Under the pieces are notes generated by a model. It was not told the origin of the DNA. It saw nothing but the letters and a program-made list of their open reading frames with translations, and did not search any database. 64,000 bases of DNA from NCBI GenBank assembly GCA_029953675.1, contig JAMWBK010000001.1, forward strand, positions 2,914,001-2,978,000, read 5' to 3'. This stretch comes from Rhodosorus marinus CCMP1338. Taxonomy: Eukaryota > Plantae > Rhodophyta. A program made the position numbers and the translations under genes. The number at the start of each line of letters is the position of its first letter. Position 1 is the stretch's first letter. Shown here one piece after another: positions 34,450 through 48,627 of this stretch.

Positions 34450-36098
34450 ATGGGGAAATCTGAGATGGAGCTTGGGTTTGTTTCTGTAGCTGGATTTGGT
34501 GGGCAGAGGAGGAGGGGATGTGCGATTCGGATGAGCGATGGTCCACCGGTGTCTCCTTTTGCATCAAAGGGCAAAGGCGGTGCGAGCTTGGAAAAATCGT
34601 TGGTAGAGATTGAACGAGAGAAGAACAGGGCTTTACAGGATTGGTTAGGTGATAATGGGGTTTATATGTCTGATAGGTCTGGATGGGGGAAGGCCCCTCA
34701 TGGTTTGGTAATTTCGAATGAGACTACGGATGAAGGAGAGCCTTGTGGAAGGGGCTTGCTTGCGAAGCGGGATATTACGCAAGGGGAACCGATCTTTGAG
34801 ATCCCAGTGGAGCTGTGCCTTACCAAGGCAAAGGCAGTGGAGGTGTTCGACCTTCCGGAGGATATGAATGAATACATTTCGATCGCGATCTTGTTGATTT
34901 CTGAGAGAAACAAAGGCTCAGACTCGTTTTACAAGCCGTACATCGATATCTTGCCCAGTGATGAGGACTTGAATCCGATGTTTCGATGGCCTAAGGAGGA
35001 TCTCGAGCTTCTCCAGGGATCGCCTGTAGTCGGCGCAGCGAAAAGCCTGGAGGAAAAGCTCACGACTGAGTACAACGAAATTAACGAGAGCTTGTTCAAG
35101 AAGAGAAGGAAGGAGTTTCCCGAGGAAGTTTTCAATTACGAAAGCTGGGAATGGGCCTTTGCCGTACTGTTCTCCAGAGCTGTCCTCTTCGATCCATTGT
35201 CGGTAAGCTGTTCTCTGTGTTGTATGGAATTCGAAGACGACCGTACAGCTCAATGCGGAAGCCCTGACTTGTTCTTTGTTTGCTCGTTTATTCACAGTTC
35301 GAGGATCAAGAATTGGGCCTGGTCCCTTACGCCGACCTGCTCAACCACAATCCCTTCTGTTCCGCCTTCATCGAAAGGCAGAAGAGAATGTTCTCCAAGA
35401 ACAAGTTTGTTGTCGTTTACGCTGATCGCAACTACAACAAGATGGAGCAGATTTACACTACCTATGGTCAAAAGGCAAACTCAGAGTTTGCGATTCTCTA
35501 CGGCTTCGTCGTTGATCGCAACCCATACGATTCCATCGATGTCACAGTGGCCCTGAGTAAGGACGATCCACTCTACGATGTCAAGGTTGAGTACCTGAAA
35601 CGCATAGGCAAAGAAGAAAGCATTGCCTTCCCCATCTATGCTGATCGGTCACCCGTCGAGATGATTGAGTTCCTGAGGTTTTGTGTAGCTGATGAAGAGG
35701 AACTGGGGATTGGTGTCTTCAATAGGATGGTCACTGTGCAGAACGAGCTTGCCGTGAGTTGCTTTGCTACACAGTCTGCCTGCGTCTTGACCTGAGACCG
35801 CATGGAGGCTGCAAAAAAAAAAAAGAGTTCCGTTCCTGATCTGAACGTTGGATTGTCTTGCATTTTTGTGCTCTAGGTCGCTGACATGCTTGTAGGCTGT
35901 TGTGAGGATGCGCTTGCTGCTTATTCGACAAGTTTGGAGGATGATAACGCGTTGATGAGTGACAGGAAGATGTATACTATGTTCGGCAAGAACGCGCGAA
36001 TGGCGATCAAGCTGCGCAGGGCGGAGAAGAAGATCTTGACCCGTACAATAGCCGACATCGAGCGGAGAAGAACCAAACCGAAAGACCTGTTCTCTTGA
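34450..36098 (+). CDS. Plastid SET-domain protein of Rubisco LSMT-like class, multi-exon (start may be 34465)
   Basis: MELGFVSV transit peptide, GRGLLAKRDI, WAFAVLFSRA, LVPYADLLNH, QIYTTYG..NSE...YGF, and a C-terminal substrate-binding region (EDD..L......RMAIKLRRAEKKIL). Confidence 0.88.
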
Positions 36099-36336
36099 AC
36101 TCGTTTATTAATCCTGGGGTTTGGCGTTTCTGTGCCCGTTTTTGACCAAAACGGACCTACTTTGCATAATGTTTAGTTTTTGGGTCGGTTATCGATCTGT
36201 TATGCAATCATGGTTTCCTGATTACTAATACTACCCGCAATAAGCGATTTCCGGGAATTCCGTCCTCGTACGTTTTCAACTCCTTTTTTACATATGGCAG
36301 AGTTTTCATAGGAAATAAAAGACACAAAGTACATAC

Positions 36337-37263
36337 TCACTTAATCATAACTTGACCAATTACGGGAAAGTTGCGTCTGAGCCTCTGCGTAATTTCCATT
36401 TTCACAGAGTTAATGGCGGAGCCAGTTCCGCTCATCTGCAACCTAACGGTAGGCATTGGGCCATCTACTCCAGTGACGCTCGTCAGCTCGATAGTGCCTC
36501 CCGCCACGTTAAGGAACGGTCGTACTTCACCAAGAACCTATGAGTCGACGATACCCAAAACGAGCATTTGCTTAGCCTTTCCAGAAAATGTGCAAGCCAA
36601 ATTAAGGTTCTTCCTGCTATACTCGTCTTCTTACCCTCTCGATGTTTTCCTCGTTCAGTTCTGGCCCATCTGGAGCAACTTGCACAACAGACTCAATCTC
36701 TGGGATCTTCTCCTTCAGACGCTTTTCGATTCCCATAGACATCGTCACAGCTGACGAAGCACATGAACCGCACGCCCCCTCAAGAAGCAGCTTCACCGTA
36801 GCTCCATCGATTTCGTGCACCGAACAATTACCCCCATCAGCCATCAAGTACGGGCGCAATTCGTCCAACACGGTCTCAACGTTGTCCAGCGTCAATTCCA
36901 TCACATCTGACGTAGTAGTTTCTGCCGCTGCAGCCGCCGCGGGCGAGGCTAATAAAATCACAATAAATCAAGCAGTCATACTGGCGTCAGGTCTCAAATT
37001 CCAAATCCAAGTGGGGCATAGCACAAAAAACCACAGACAGAGACACGCTCACCTCGAGCAAAAACTCTCACGTGGCTGGATCTCGAAAAGTTCCTATCTC
37101 TCCCACATCTGACCCGAACGAAACAAAAACAAAACAAACACAGACCAAGAACCGGTTAACACTGCCCAACAGTTCCTTCCACATCCAGGAACACTGCATA
37201 CCTTTGAACAGCTCCTCGTCCATTCGCCGCCTGTACAACTCCTCCACCATTTACAAAAGCCAT
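36337..37263 (-). CDS. NFU: Plastid-type NFU Fe-S cluster carrier (two NifU domains), 4 exons
   Basis: Spliced MAFVNGGG transit peptide. [15 protein letters not shown]...GACGSC..S..TM..GIEKRL, then a second degenerate domain without CxxC ([14 protein letters not shown]). Confidence 0.93.
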
Positions 37264-38604
37264 CATTCAACGCTCAAAAAAAAAACAACACCAGCTCAGT
37301 GGAACCAGAAAAATACACCAAGTGAGGTACAACACAACCCAAACGCACAGCACTACCTCCGTGTCAACAAAGACAAAACTTAAACAAGCACTTGAAAGCT
37401 TGTCCTACCCGACGCAACCAATCCACCTCCTTCCCCAACAACCAAACCCATCACAGAACCGTTTAAGAGCCTTTCCAGAAGAATCTGTTCGAACAAAGTG
37501 GAGTTAAAACGTCGAATCGTCAAGTAGCTACCCAAAAACCAGAAATACAATAAAATAAACCGCATTCATTGTTTTGAAGGATATGAAAGGCCCCCACCCT
37601 TCCTCTACAAATGGGCAATGGCCTATGATACCTGAGCTTTGCCAACGAAACTCTACGACTAATCAAAATCAACTAAGTATAAACTGCAATTCCCCAATCA
37701 GTGCAGGCCACCATTGCCCCACAACCAAATCTCGTTAATTTTAATCCCCTCGATTCCATAAACTTTACTGAAAAAACATAAGTTCCGTTTGATCGGGATG
37801 GTTACCGGATAATTTAGCGTTTATCTGTTCTAATAGAGTATATCATGTACAATATCGTATTTAAAGATATGGGTAATCTCCCAGCATCGCAAGTGCGATC
37901 ACCGATTTTGTTAAGTCAATATAACAGCGAACCCTCAGATCGAAAAATCGGAATTACCCAATGAAACATATCTAACGTCTCAATAATGACTAGCAACCCT
38001 AGTTTTTTGATAATTACTATGTCTTAAGCCTGACAAGTCCTTGTGTTTCATTAGTTTTATCCGCGAACTTAATGTTTTATAGATTCGTTCAGGTTTTTTA
38101 CGAATGGTGAATATTTATAAATTTGTAGCTTCGAGGATTTTCAGTAAATACGCTGTAGGGGTAGAGTTTTTATGAAGAGACCGATTCGGTTTCTTGATTT
38201 TTGGAATATTTTAAACGTTTTTTACGGTTAATCAATGGCGATCTATGTAAATTTATTAGGGGGGGGAAGGGACTGTATAAGGTAGATTGTTTTTTTTATT
38301 ATATTGTGATTGGGATCTTCGTATCTGGGGTTCAGGGATTGCCGAGCACGGTGGCTCGGGTTATCGGAGAGGGAGAGAGAGATGATGGGGGATTTCATTT
38401 CAGTCTTTTTTAGAAGTGGATGAGTGTATGGGAGGGGGGAGGAGGAGGAGGAGGAGATTGTGATTAGAGCTGGTTGGAGGACAGGAGTTTTTTTTTTTAT
38501 TAGGGGAAGAAGGCAGGTTGAACTTTCTGATAGTGAAAGGAGCTCCTTGTAACGTAGTGTAGTTAATATTTTTTTTTTGAAAGTCTCTTCCGTTAGCACA
38601 AAAA

Positions 38605-39463
38605 ATGTTGGGTTTTGTTGGTGGTGTTGCTGGTTCTTTCTCTAGGCCGTAAGCTATACACTTGTCCTGGTGGTTTTTTGCTTGCTTTGTCTGTGCAAAG
38701 GGTAATTGTGGCGGTGTACTGATAGCGCCTGTTGTTTTTTGTACTGGCTTACGCAGTGTTGTTGGCCGCTCAACCTTCTGCGGAAGCGCTGTGCGTGTCG
38801 CGGCTGTGAGACCGTCCAGCGGTCCTCAGGCTAACATGTATGGAATCTTCACCAAGGCAATGACGGAATTCAAGGACGACTTCCCTCAGTTCGCCAAGAG
38901 GGGATGGGGTGCGACTGTGAAGGCTGAGACCTGGAATGGGCGTCATGCGATGTTTGGCATGCTCGTTTTCTGGATTACCGCCTACTGCAAGGGCCATGGA
39001 CTTATCCCGAACCCAAGCATGATCCTGGACCCGAAGATGTGGGGACCCCTTGCTGACCTCGGCGGTGGTGCGGGTGGAATTCCGAACGAGAGGGCTATTA
39101 TTTTGATCGCCCATGTCCATGTCCTGCTTGTGTCGATTGCTGCAGCTATCGCTCCTTTCTCCTTCCAGGATAAACTTCTCCTTGACGAGGGAGAGACGGA
39201 TCTTGAACCATTGGGACTCATCCCGGACATGAAGCCTGGTATGACCAGAGAAGCTGAGACCTGGAATGGTCGCCTTGCCATGCTCGGTAAGTATTTGTCG
39301 ACCAACTATCAAGTGGCAGCGCTGGAATGCCCGCGAAGAGCTACTAAATCCGCCTTTTGTGCACTCAATTGCAGGAGTAATGGTGCTTGCTGGTGGAGCT
39401 TTTGGAACCGGTACCTCTGTAATCGACTTGACGAACAAGATGTTTGGCGGAGTTTTCTTCTAG
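38605..39463 (+). CDS. RedCAP: RedCAP (red-lineage chlorophyll a/b-binding-like protein), 2 introns
   Basis: MLGFVGG transit peptide. [38 protein letters not shown]. Confidence 0.9.
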
Positions 39464-40712
39464 ACGGTTGGTAGTCAAAAATCTTCCGTTTCTTTGTGGA
39501 GGAACAGAGGGAGGGGCAGAAAATTCCTTAGTTTTACCGTTATTGGAGGGGCATTTCAAGTTCGATTGATTGATTAAAGCGATACTAGAACGATTTCGAA
39601 CGTCAAACTTATTGCCTGGTCGCAGCCGGAACTTTGTCCTTCCAGCACCCGCCTGTGGAGCTCACTAGTACGTAGCACTAACTTGTACAAACTATATGAA
39701 TGTACTAACGTTGACGTCAAACCTTTACAAGGAAATCTATAGTTCGTAGCGTTTAGCAATAGATTAACCAATGACGGACACTTACTAGCTTATAGACGAA
39801 TCATATATCTTATGTTCATGTAGACTCACCATATAAACCAATGATAACTACGTAACAGTAATAAGCTTGTGCGATAGAATGGCTAACCAATTAATCAGAG
39901 CAGAAGCTCGTGACGCAATAGTGACTGGTGCCTCTAACCCCAACCTACCCCGCCCCTCCCTACGAAGCTAGAAATCCAGTTTATTGTAAAATAAGAAAAT
40001 ATCCGTAGGTTCTGGGAATCAAAAAGGCTCTCGATCTAATGGGTAAGCTGTACAAGTAGAATATTTATGCTTTATTAATATTGTCAGGCAATACGGGACA
40101 GCAGTATCTTACTCACCCCCCTCGACCTTGCACAAAAAGGACAGTGCCCAGTTCTACCCCCCCTCTAGAAATCATTATTTTTAGACCAATCAACAGCAAC
40201 AAGAAGGTCATTAACAATATATGTCTAAATCATTGGTTTATATACATGATAATTAGCCAATTAAAATTGTTAATAGTACTATTTCCTTCTAGTATAAAAT
40301 AATTGGTTCACATAACCATTTTGTTTTATTCATAATTGCTGTGTGAACTAAAAAGGAGGGGGTAGTTGAAACCTCTTTCCATAGTTGAATGGATTTTAAT
40401 ATGATGAAGGGGAAGGGGCGCCTCTATTTAGTATTTTCTCATACTTGTCACAATTTCCTTTTTTGCGCTTGTTCGTTGCAGTATTGATTATTAAATATTA
40501 TTGGTGTTTTTTTTTGTAAACTCGGAAAAGTTGGAGAGGACAAAAGGAGTAAGCTTTGAATGGGTTTGACAGATGACAGTGTCTGGAGTCATATATAAAG
40601 AAGTCGGCGAGGGAGTAGAGGAGGGCGTTTGATGGGGTTGGGGAGATTGGGAAGGGTGAGGAGTGAGAGGGGATTGAAGTGCGTTTAGGAAGGCGGGGGA
40701 TTTTGGTTTTGA

Positions 40713-41707
<995 letters not shown>

Positions 41708-42034
41708 ATGATGCGCGAGTTACATGCACCGAAGCACAGAGGCGCATTTGTTTGCCCCATAGTACCCTATTATTGATGTAGTCATGTTGAATCACTTTCT
41801 AGAAAACTTTCTATATTTTCTTGAAGACAAAAAAGTAAAATAAGAGAAACACATTGTTGCGCGAAACGGGAAACGGACATTAGTATGAACCTCTTCTATG
41901 TCCTCTATGTACACCTAAATTTTACACACAAAACCATCTGTTTTTGTTCCTCGCGGAGTTGATGTCCTGTTAAGCTCAAGACTGGCGGGGTCACCAATGG
42001 AAATTTCATAAACAAAACCGGCCGTTTTTGATCA

Positions 42035-45000
42035 TCAAGCGTTGATGTCCTGTTGAGCAAGCTCAAGAAGAAGGGGATCGTCAAAGTACTTTCCGATGGA
42101 AACGTCTTCGCTCATTCCCTTTCGTCGTCTGGTCTTCACCATACATTCCCTGGCCAAAGCATTCTGCGGTGACGGTTGTAAGGGGACGAGGTGAATGTCC
42201 TTATCCAACGGGTCACCAGGCATCATGGACCAATGATTAAACCACTGTACACATCCACAGGCGATATCACCAGATCAGATTTCATAGCTAGGTTACGCAA
42301 CATCTCCCCGGAGCAACTTACCTGTAAGCAAAATGCCTGACCTTGGGTGAACAACCGAAGATCCGACTCGAAACCGAACGAGTCGAGAACTGGAATTGTT
42401 GCCTTAATGAGAAACGTCGGAGTACCAACTACAGGCGCATCCTGTTCGACAAACCCTCGTCGTCGTGCCAAGACTGTTGCAAGGTTGCGATAGCGAATCT
42501 CCAGATCAATGAACAAAGAAAAGGAGTTGCGCAGAAACGGATGCAAGCACGAAACTTACTGTTGTAAACCGCTTCCACATTGTCAGCGGAGCACATGACT
42601 TCGGCGCTGTAAACGGGTTCCATTAGCCTCGGACTTGCTGTGAGAAACGCTGAGTAGGCAACGCGACGAGCCGTTGGAATAATCTACGTAAAAACATCCC
42701 AAGAGATAATGGTCTTCATTCTTCAAAATCCTCCTCCCCCCCCCACGCTCTTCCTTCTGTAACAGATCCCCATTGTGCGCATCAAACTACCTGTGCAACG
42801 CTCCTCTGAATTGGATCTTCTGATATCATGGCTTCCATGATTCTATACTTGACGCCGCGAACCGGTTCGTCACACAAAGGTCCTTCTCTGGTCGACCATT
42901 GGAATCCTTGGACAATGGAATCCTTGGCATGAGCCATTAACGTTTTATCCTTGCATCCAAAGACACAGATAAGCAAGTGTTCAGTCAATGGTAGCAGATC
43001 ATCTGCAGCTGTCAGTTCAGTTCGTACCGTTGTCCCTCCCGGAAGCACGTCGTCAACAAGACAATTTGGACCGCTTCGAGAATCTGGACCAAATGACCAA
43101 AGGCTTCTTGCTGCAAGAACGTCCCACCCAAACTCGCTTCGGAGGGTCGACTGTACTTGGGATTTTGAGCTTAGACTCGCACTGTCGAAGTCTCCCAGTT
43201 TACCACTCTCCAGATGCTCAGCTAGACCTTCCTCCAACGGCTCCGCAATCATTGTCAGCTTGTTGGCCTTGTTTGGAGTCTCTGCGAAGCATTTGAGCGA
43301 GCTCGTTTCCATCACAGTTTCTTTCAAAGAGCGCCAAGTTGAAGAGTAACAATATCGGGCGGATTCAGCGAAACACTGCTGGGGTGTCCAAATGCGTTAC
43401 AGCCGGAGAACTCACCAGTGAACGGAACACAAGGATCGGAGACCTTGATTTCGATATCGCCATATACAGTTCTCAAATCCGCCAAAACACAGTCCAATTG
43501 AAGCTCGCCCGTCCCCAGAAGGACATGTTCACCAGACTCCTCAACTCTTGTTTGAAGGGATGGGTAGCTCTTCGCGCACTTCCGGAGCCCTTCAACCATC
43601 TTCGGCAGTTCCGATGGTCTTAGAGGTTCGATAGCGATTCGCACTACCGCAGCCGTTGGCCCAGTCTTCAGCGAAGATGACAGCGGTCGGAAAATGTACG
43701 TCTGGAAGTCGGGAGACAACGCGCTCAGATTGTGGTAACGAACGGGTTTCTTCTCAAGGCCGTCGGAAGGTCGGTACTCTGTGGTGTATTGAATGGGACA
43801 CAAATTACCTCTTCTCCCACTCCGGCTTCCTCCACAATTGTAGCACTCTTTATAATCGATTCGGAAATGCCCTCAACCAGAACAATCTGGCCCACGGTCG
43901 CCGCTGTTACCTCAGTCCGATATCTGCCAACACTTAGGTAGATTGTTCCCACAGAGGCATGGGCCTGATCCTCGTCATCAAAATCCGGGTTGTAACCTTC
44001 GCCTAAAACTCTCACCGGTGTTGATGTGGTTAGCTTGCCGCTCATTATCCTCGCAACGACGAAGAACGACTCCGCGTCGGTTGTGGACAAAAGCTTAGTC
44101 GTCATCGCCACGAGCGGCGCAGAAACCTGACTTTCTGACATCGAAACCGCAATCTCACTGTCCAAAGGTCCAGTATACAGCCTCTCAACCTGAGCCAAAA
44201 TCGATAGGAAGAATCCAGAATCACTATCTCAGAATACGCTGACAGCCACCACACCGGAGGTGGGCCAAACAAAAAAAAACAACCTAACCTTGGCCTTGTT
44301 TCCATCGACCGGCGAAGGAACGTGCTTTGAAAGCATCTCTCCCAAGCTTCGAGTTGCACCGTCGAAGAACGTCCCCAGGCAGATCTTGAACAAGGGCTTT
44401 ACATCCAAACGAAGATCTGAGCGTCTCAGGTGCTGCATGATACCTATACAGGTTACGCCATAGGGCAAAACAGACCGAGCAAGAGCTATTGGTTGAGTAT
44501 CACACCTCGGGGAGCGATCAGCGGCGAACACGACAGGTGCTGGAAACAGGTGGTCATCCATTGGGACCTCCAGAGGCGGCGATTGTTGGTAGCGAGATGC
44601 TGCGCTGTCCTTACCTAGGTGGACCATTTTCTTTGTGAGAATGTCGACGTCATCTGCTACAATCATCGAGTACAGCTTGTAAATCGGATCGAGGACAAAC
44701 TCGATGAACGACCTCGCCGGAGGTTCACCAGATTCTTCATCTGCCGGAGGTGTTTTCTTCGTAAATGTAAGCTTCTTTTTGTCGTACCAGACATCTCCCC
44801 AGAGGCGAAGAGCCAGCGCTTTAGCTGGGATTGGGCAGTCTGGGAAATCGTTGAGATACATCGACGCGACGTCCTCCAGACTGCACAGCCAGCGGCCCAA
44901 ACAGCTCGAAAAACAGACATTGCCGAGCTCAGGTGAAATCTTATAGGCGGAGCCTGAGAGGTTTGGAGGTTTGGAGGAGCGGACTGTCAATATTCTCCGT

Positions 45001-46041
45001 GGGAGTCATTCATCAGTCCTGGTTGATTGATCGGCTTACCGCCAGGAGTATTCGAAAGTACTTCGTTGAATTGATCTATGGTGTACTTGAGCTTATGGTA
45101 GGCGTCGCGAGGGGGGAGCCTAAGCTCAAGAATCAGCCGATCGACTTTGGTGATGACTACAGTAATCGCGAGATGTCTTGAAACTGCAGCTTGGATGGCG
45201 AGTTCTGTCCCAGTAAGAACTCCCTCGGCAGCGTCGACGACGACGATGACGCCGTCACACATCTGCATGGCGGCAACGGTCTCGTCGAAGAAGCAGAGGT
45301 GACCCGGGCAGTCGATCAAGTTGATGCCGTGAGACTTTTCGTTCATGTCGGGTAGGAGCAGAGTTACGGGCATCATCTTAGTGCTCAGGCCTCGCTTTAC
45401 CTCGTCCTTCCGAGTGTCCGTGTAGAGAACCTCCCTATCAGTGGGCCAGTCCGTCTCATGCGTCTTCTCCATCAACAGGTCCATTAGCGTCGTCTTTCCA
45501 TGGTGTAAATGCCCAACAACAGCTACATTCCGAATCAAGTCCGGATTACTAAGCACAGCTCCTGAAAATCAGAAACCAGACGAAGCGATTGTTTAGAAAG
45601 GCAAGAGCCATCAAGATGGGTAAAAGCTTGTTTTAGCTACTTACCCGCCAAATATTCCTCATCGTACAAAGGCCTGATGTTCTCAACGTCGAATCCATCC
45701 ACAAGATCGATCTTCCTCTCCTTCACAGGCGCTATAATGGGCTCAGTGATAGGCTGTGCGTCTTCTTCTTCTACCAAAGCCTCCGTCCCTTCCCCGAAAA
45801 CCTCCTCAGCGGTCGGATAATACTTCTTATCCTCTGCCAAAACAATTGCGTTGCCGGCATCCTCCTCTACATCATCTACATCCGCAACCTCTTCCATCCT
45901 ATCTTCCCTTCCCACACCATCACCCTCCTCCTCCTCCTCATCCCCTCCAAGCTCATCCACCCTCTGCTCTTCATCTTCTGATGATGATGACATCTCAGGA
46001 CCAACATAATTTCCAAACTCATCATATAGTTCTTCATCCAT
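42035..46041 (-). CDS. SNU114: U5 snRNP 116-kDa GTPase (Snu114/EFTUD2), multi-exon
   Basis: [16 protein letters not shown] acidic N-terminus, [83 protein letters not shown]. Confidence 0.96.
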
Positions 46042-46459
46042 CGCAGCTCTTCCTTGTCAATACCTTTCTCCTCTTCCGATCCAAAAGCCAGCCCCACAAA
46101 ACTCCCCTCCCTCCGAAAACACCTAAACTCCTAGCACCCAAAACCTAAACTGTCCAAACCATATGCACCTCCAACAGATGTTAGACAGATCAGATCGAAC
46201 TCGTACGCTACGCTTCTAATCCGAAAAGCTCCACAAGCTCACCCACTCATCCACTTTCAAGTCGCCATCTTCCTCTCCGCTATTAAACATTCCACAAACT
46301 GACTTAATCGAGCCTTCGTCCCCACCGTGAAACGGATGAGACGGAAAAGTATTATAACTGTCACCATCTAATTCAATCTATATTCTATCGTATGTTGCAA
46401 ATACATTATTTCATTGAGGATGAAAGGACAAATTGATTGAAATTCCGTTTGACGGATAA

Positions 46460-47032
46460 ATGAGTTCGGGATGGAACGTGAAGGAAGCTCGGCTTGTTGC
46501 GACTCTGCTGAGAAGTGCGACCAGTGCAACGGCGGAAGAGTTTGCAAAGTTCGTTCAAAAGCGATTCGATCTCATTCTATGTACTCAGCGAAAGCCATGC
46601 AGGATTTCCACTATCGTCGCGAATTCTATGAGGTTCTTGGTGGTGCACAAAGACACGGAGGGCATATTCTCGCTACCCTTGGACTGTTCTCCTCGGCGGC
46701 AGCGTGCAGAAGGATGGCAGGTTCCGGGAGCTTATGAAAAAAAATTCAATAGTTTAGTTGGTTATTTGTTCACGTTGTTTAAAGTCTCTCATCTCATCAG
46801 TCAGATATTTCCTCCTCCACGTTCTGGCCCCACATGCCAGAGTACTTCTTCAGTACAATGTCTGAGCAGTCTACGGGTGTCATTTGACAACAGAGCCGGA
46901 GTTTGTCCGAGTTGTGGTGTGGAGGAAACTTCAGTCTCATGTCTTCTCTGTAGCTCCTCTTGGCCGGCAGAACTTCACCAGACACCACTTCAACTGCGCA
47001 CGTCCCACAGGTTCCCAACCCTCGGCAGTTGA
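46460..47032 (+). CDS. Possible small protein with a helix-rich N-terminus; 3' part is antisense to the ferredoxin gene
   Basis: 190-codon ATG ORF after an AT-rich spacer, divergent from SNU114. The first 70 aa or so look protein-like. No firm family. Confidence 0.25.
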   Translation: MSSGWNVKEARLVATLLRSATSATAEEFAKFVQKRFDLILCTQRKPCRISTIVANSMRFLVVHKDTEGIFSLPLDCSPRRQRAEGWQVPGAYEKKFNSLVGYLFTLFKVSHLISQIFPPPRSGPTCQSTSSVQCLSSLRVSFDNRAGVCPSCGVEETSVSCLLCSSSWPAELHQTPLQLRTSHRFPTLGS

Positions 47033-47396
47033 ACCAACTCGACTGACCATTATGCGGAGAGACCCCAGATCGAATAAGTATCGTCCTCATCGAAGTCCAT
47101 TTCCCTGGCTCAGAGTTCACCGCAATCTTCTGACCTTTGAACGTCACCGTCGACGGTGACGGCATCTCATCCGATGAATTCCTCAACGCCGAAGACATAC
47201 ACAGGCTAAACAATAACATACCTTCTTGCTTCTCGAACAAGTTCTTCAAAGTCTCCAAACCAGTCCCCAACTTGCGGAGTACCACCAGCCGCAGAACTAG
47301 CTCGGAAGGATTCCTAGTCGGTTGCCAAAATATTTGTGGCAGAGCAGCAGCGGACACCTGTTGCTTGAGGATTGAATCACATTGACTCCGGGGCAC
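46797..47396 (-). CDS. 2Fe-2S ferredoxin-like protein (start uncertain; first in-frame ATG 47219)
   Basis: NCRGLGTCGTCAVEV...FPPH..LRLCCQ...KKYSGMWGQ, giving C-x5-C-x2-C...C ligands. Confidence 0.85.
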   Translation of the reverse strand: MPRSQCDSILKQQVSAAALPQIFWQPTRNPSELVLRLVVLRKLGTGLETLKNLFEKQEGMLLFSLCMSSALRNSSDEMPSPSTVTFKGQKIAVNSEPGKWTSMRTILIRSGVSPHNGQSSWFNCRGLGTCGTCAVEVVSGEVLPAKRSYREDMRLKFPPHHNSDKLRLCCQMTPVDCSDIVLKKYSGMWGQNVEEEISD

Positions 47397-48627
47397 GACC
47401 GCACCACCCTACAATAGGGCTAAGATCTGTCTGCTCGTCATTTGCCGGGACGTGTTAGAGAAGAGGATTGCTGGTACAGTTATCCCGTACCCTCGTCAAC
47501 AGCGTTAGCTCTAGTTCCTGGTTGTGGTCATTGGACGACCAACATGAAACCAGCTTCGAGGTTCATGAAAGCGTTCGCGTCCAGTACCTGTTCGGACAGA
47601 GAAGTGAGAGAGCGTCTGTTCAACTACCACCGAGAATCGACGTTTACAGATTCCGTGTAGAGGAATTTTTGGTTTGGAGAGAGAAGACACGTGCCACGGG
47701 AATCTACGTGCTCAGGGCTCGAGGCGTGAAAACTATTGATGGCTATACGAAATATTCATTGAGGAACTGAACGACCGAGAATTTAAAAAAGGTCGCTGAC
47801 GCCCGGAGAAGAGCCGACAGAGGAGGACGTTCCAGTCCTCGCGGAGCTGCCATTCACTCTCTCCGGTTTACTCGAAAACTAACGGCCAGAGGGGGAGGGT
47901 TCCATAGACCCTACACCGAAAAGGGGGATTTTGACACGTGCGTGTCAACTAACTCATCGGTAAGCATTAGCTACAACAAAACAACTACCGGTACTCTCAG
48001 GTTGTTGGATGAGCGTCAAGAGCGTCTTCTTACCCGCTCGAAGGAGGCCCGAGCTCTCCTCCAGTCCAGGCAGTAAGGTCTTCGACCTAGAAAGCGCTAT
48101 AGAGAGGGCACTATCCCTGAATTAACCAGTCGGTCGCTGGTGAGTCCACACTTGAGAACATGACCAACGACAGTGGTCTGCAGTGAAGCAGATGCAGATC
48201 TTCCAGCTGTCGGACCCTCGGACGCTTGGGTCTTCGAATGGGGTACGCTCGGAAGCGGATTCAACTTGCTGAACGGCAGGCAGCGCCTAGCTTCAAGCCC
48301 CCAACCGCCGAAGCTCCACAGTCAAGATTGGCCTCAAAAGTCATCTAAAATCTCTAAACGGTAACCATCCTTTTTATTTATGTAATACTAGATGGGTTTT
48401 TGTTTCTGCATTTCATGCTGTATAGTTGTTTTTCGTTTAATTTGAAGATGACCAATCAATACGCTGATACGATTCTAAATTGTCCAATAATATGCTCATA
48501 GAAATTTTTTAAACCTTGTTTCTTATATTTTTAATAATTTACAGTTTGTAACGGTCATTTCTGGTGTGGAACGTCATTTTGAGGGTATTCGGGGCAGGTA
48601 GAGGTTCTCTTCCCTCCATTTGTTACT

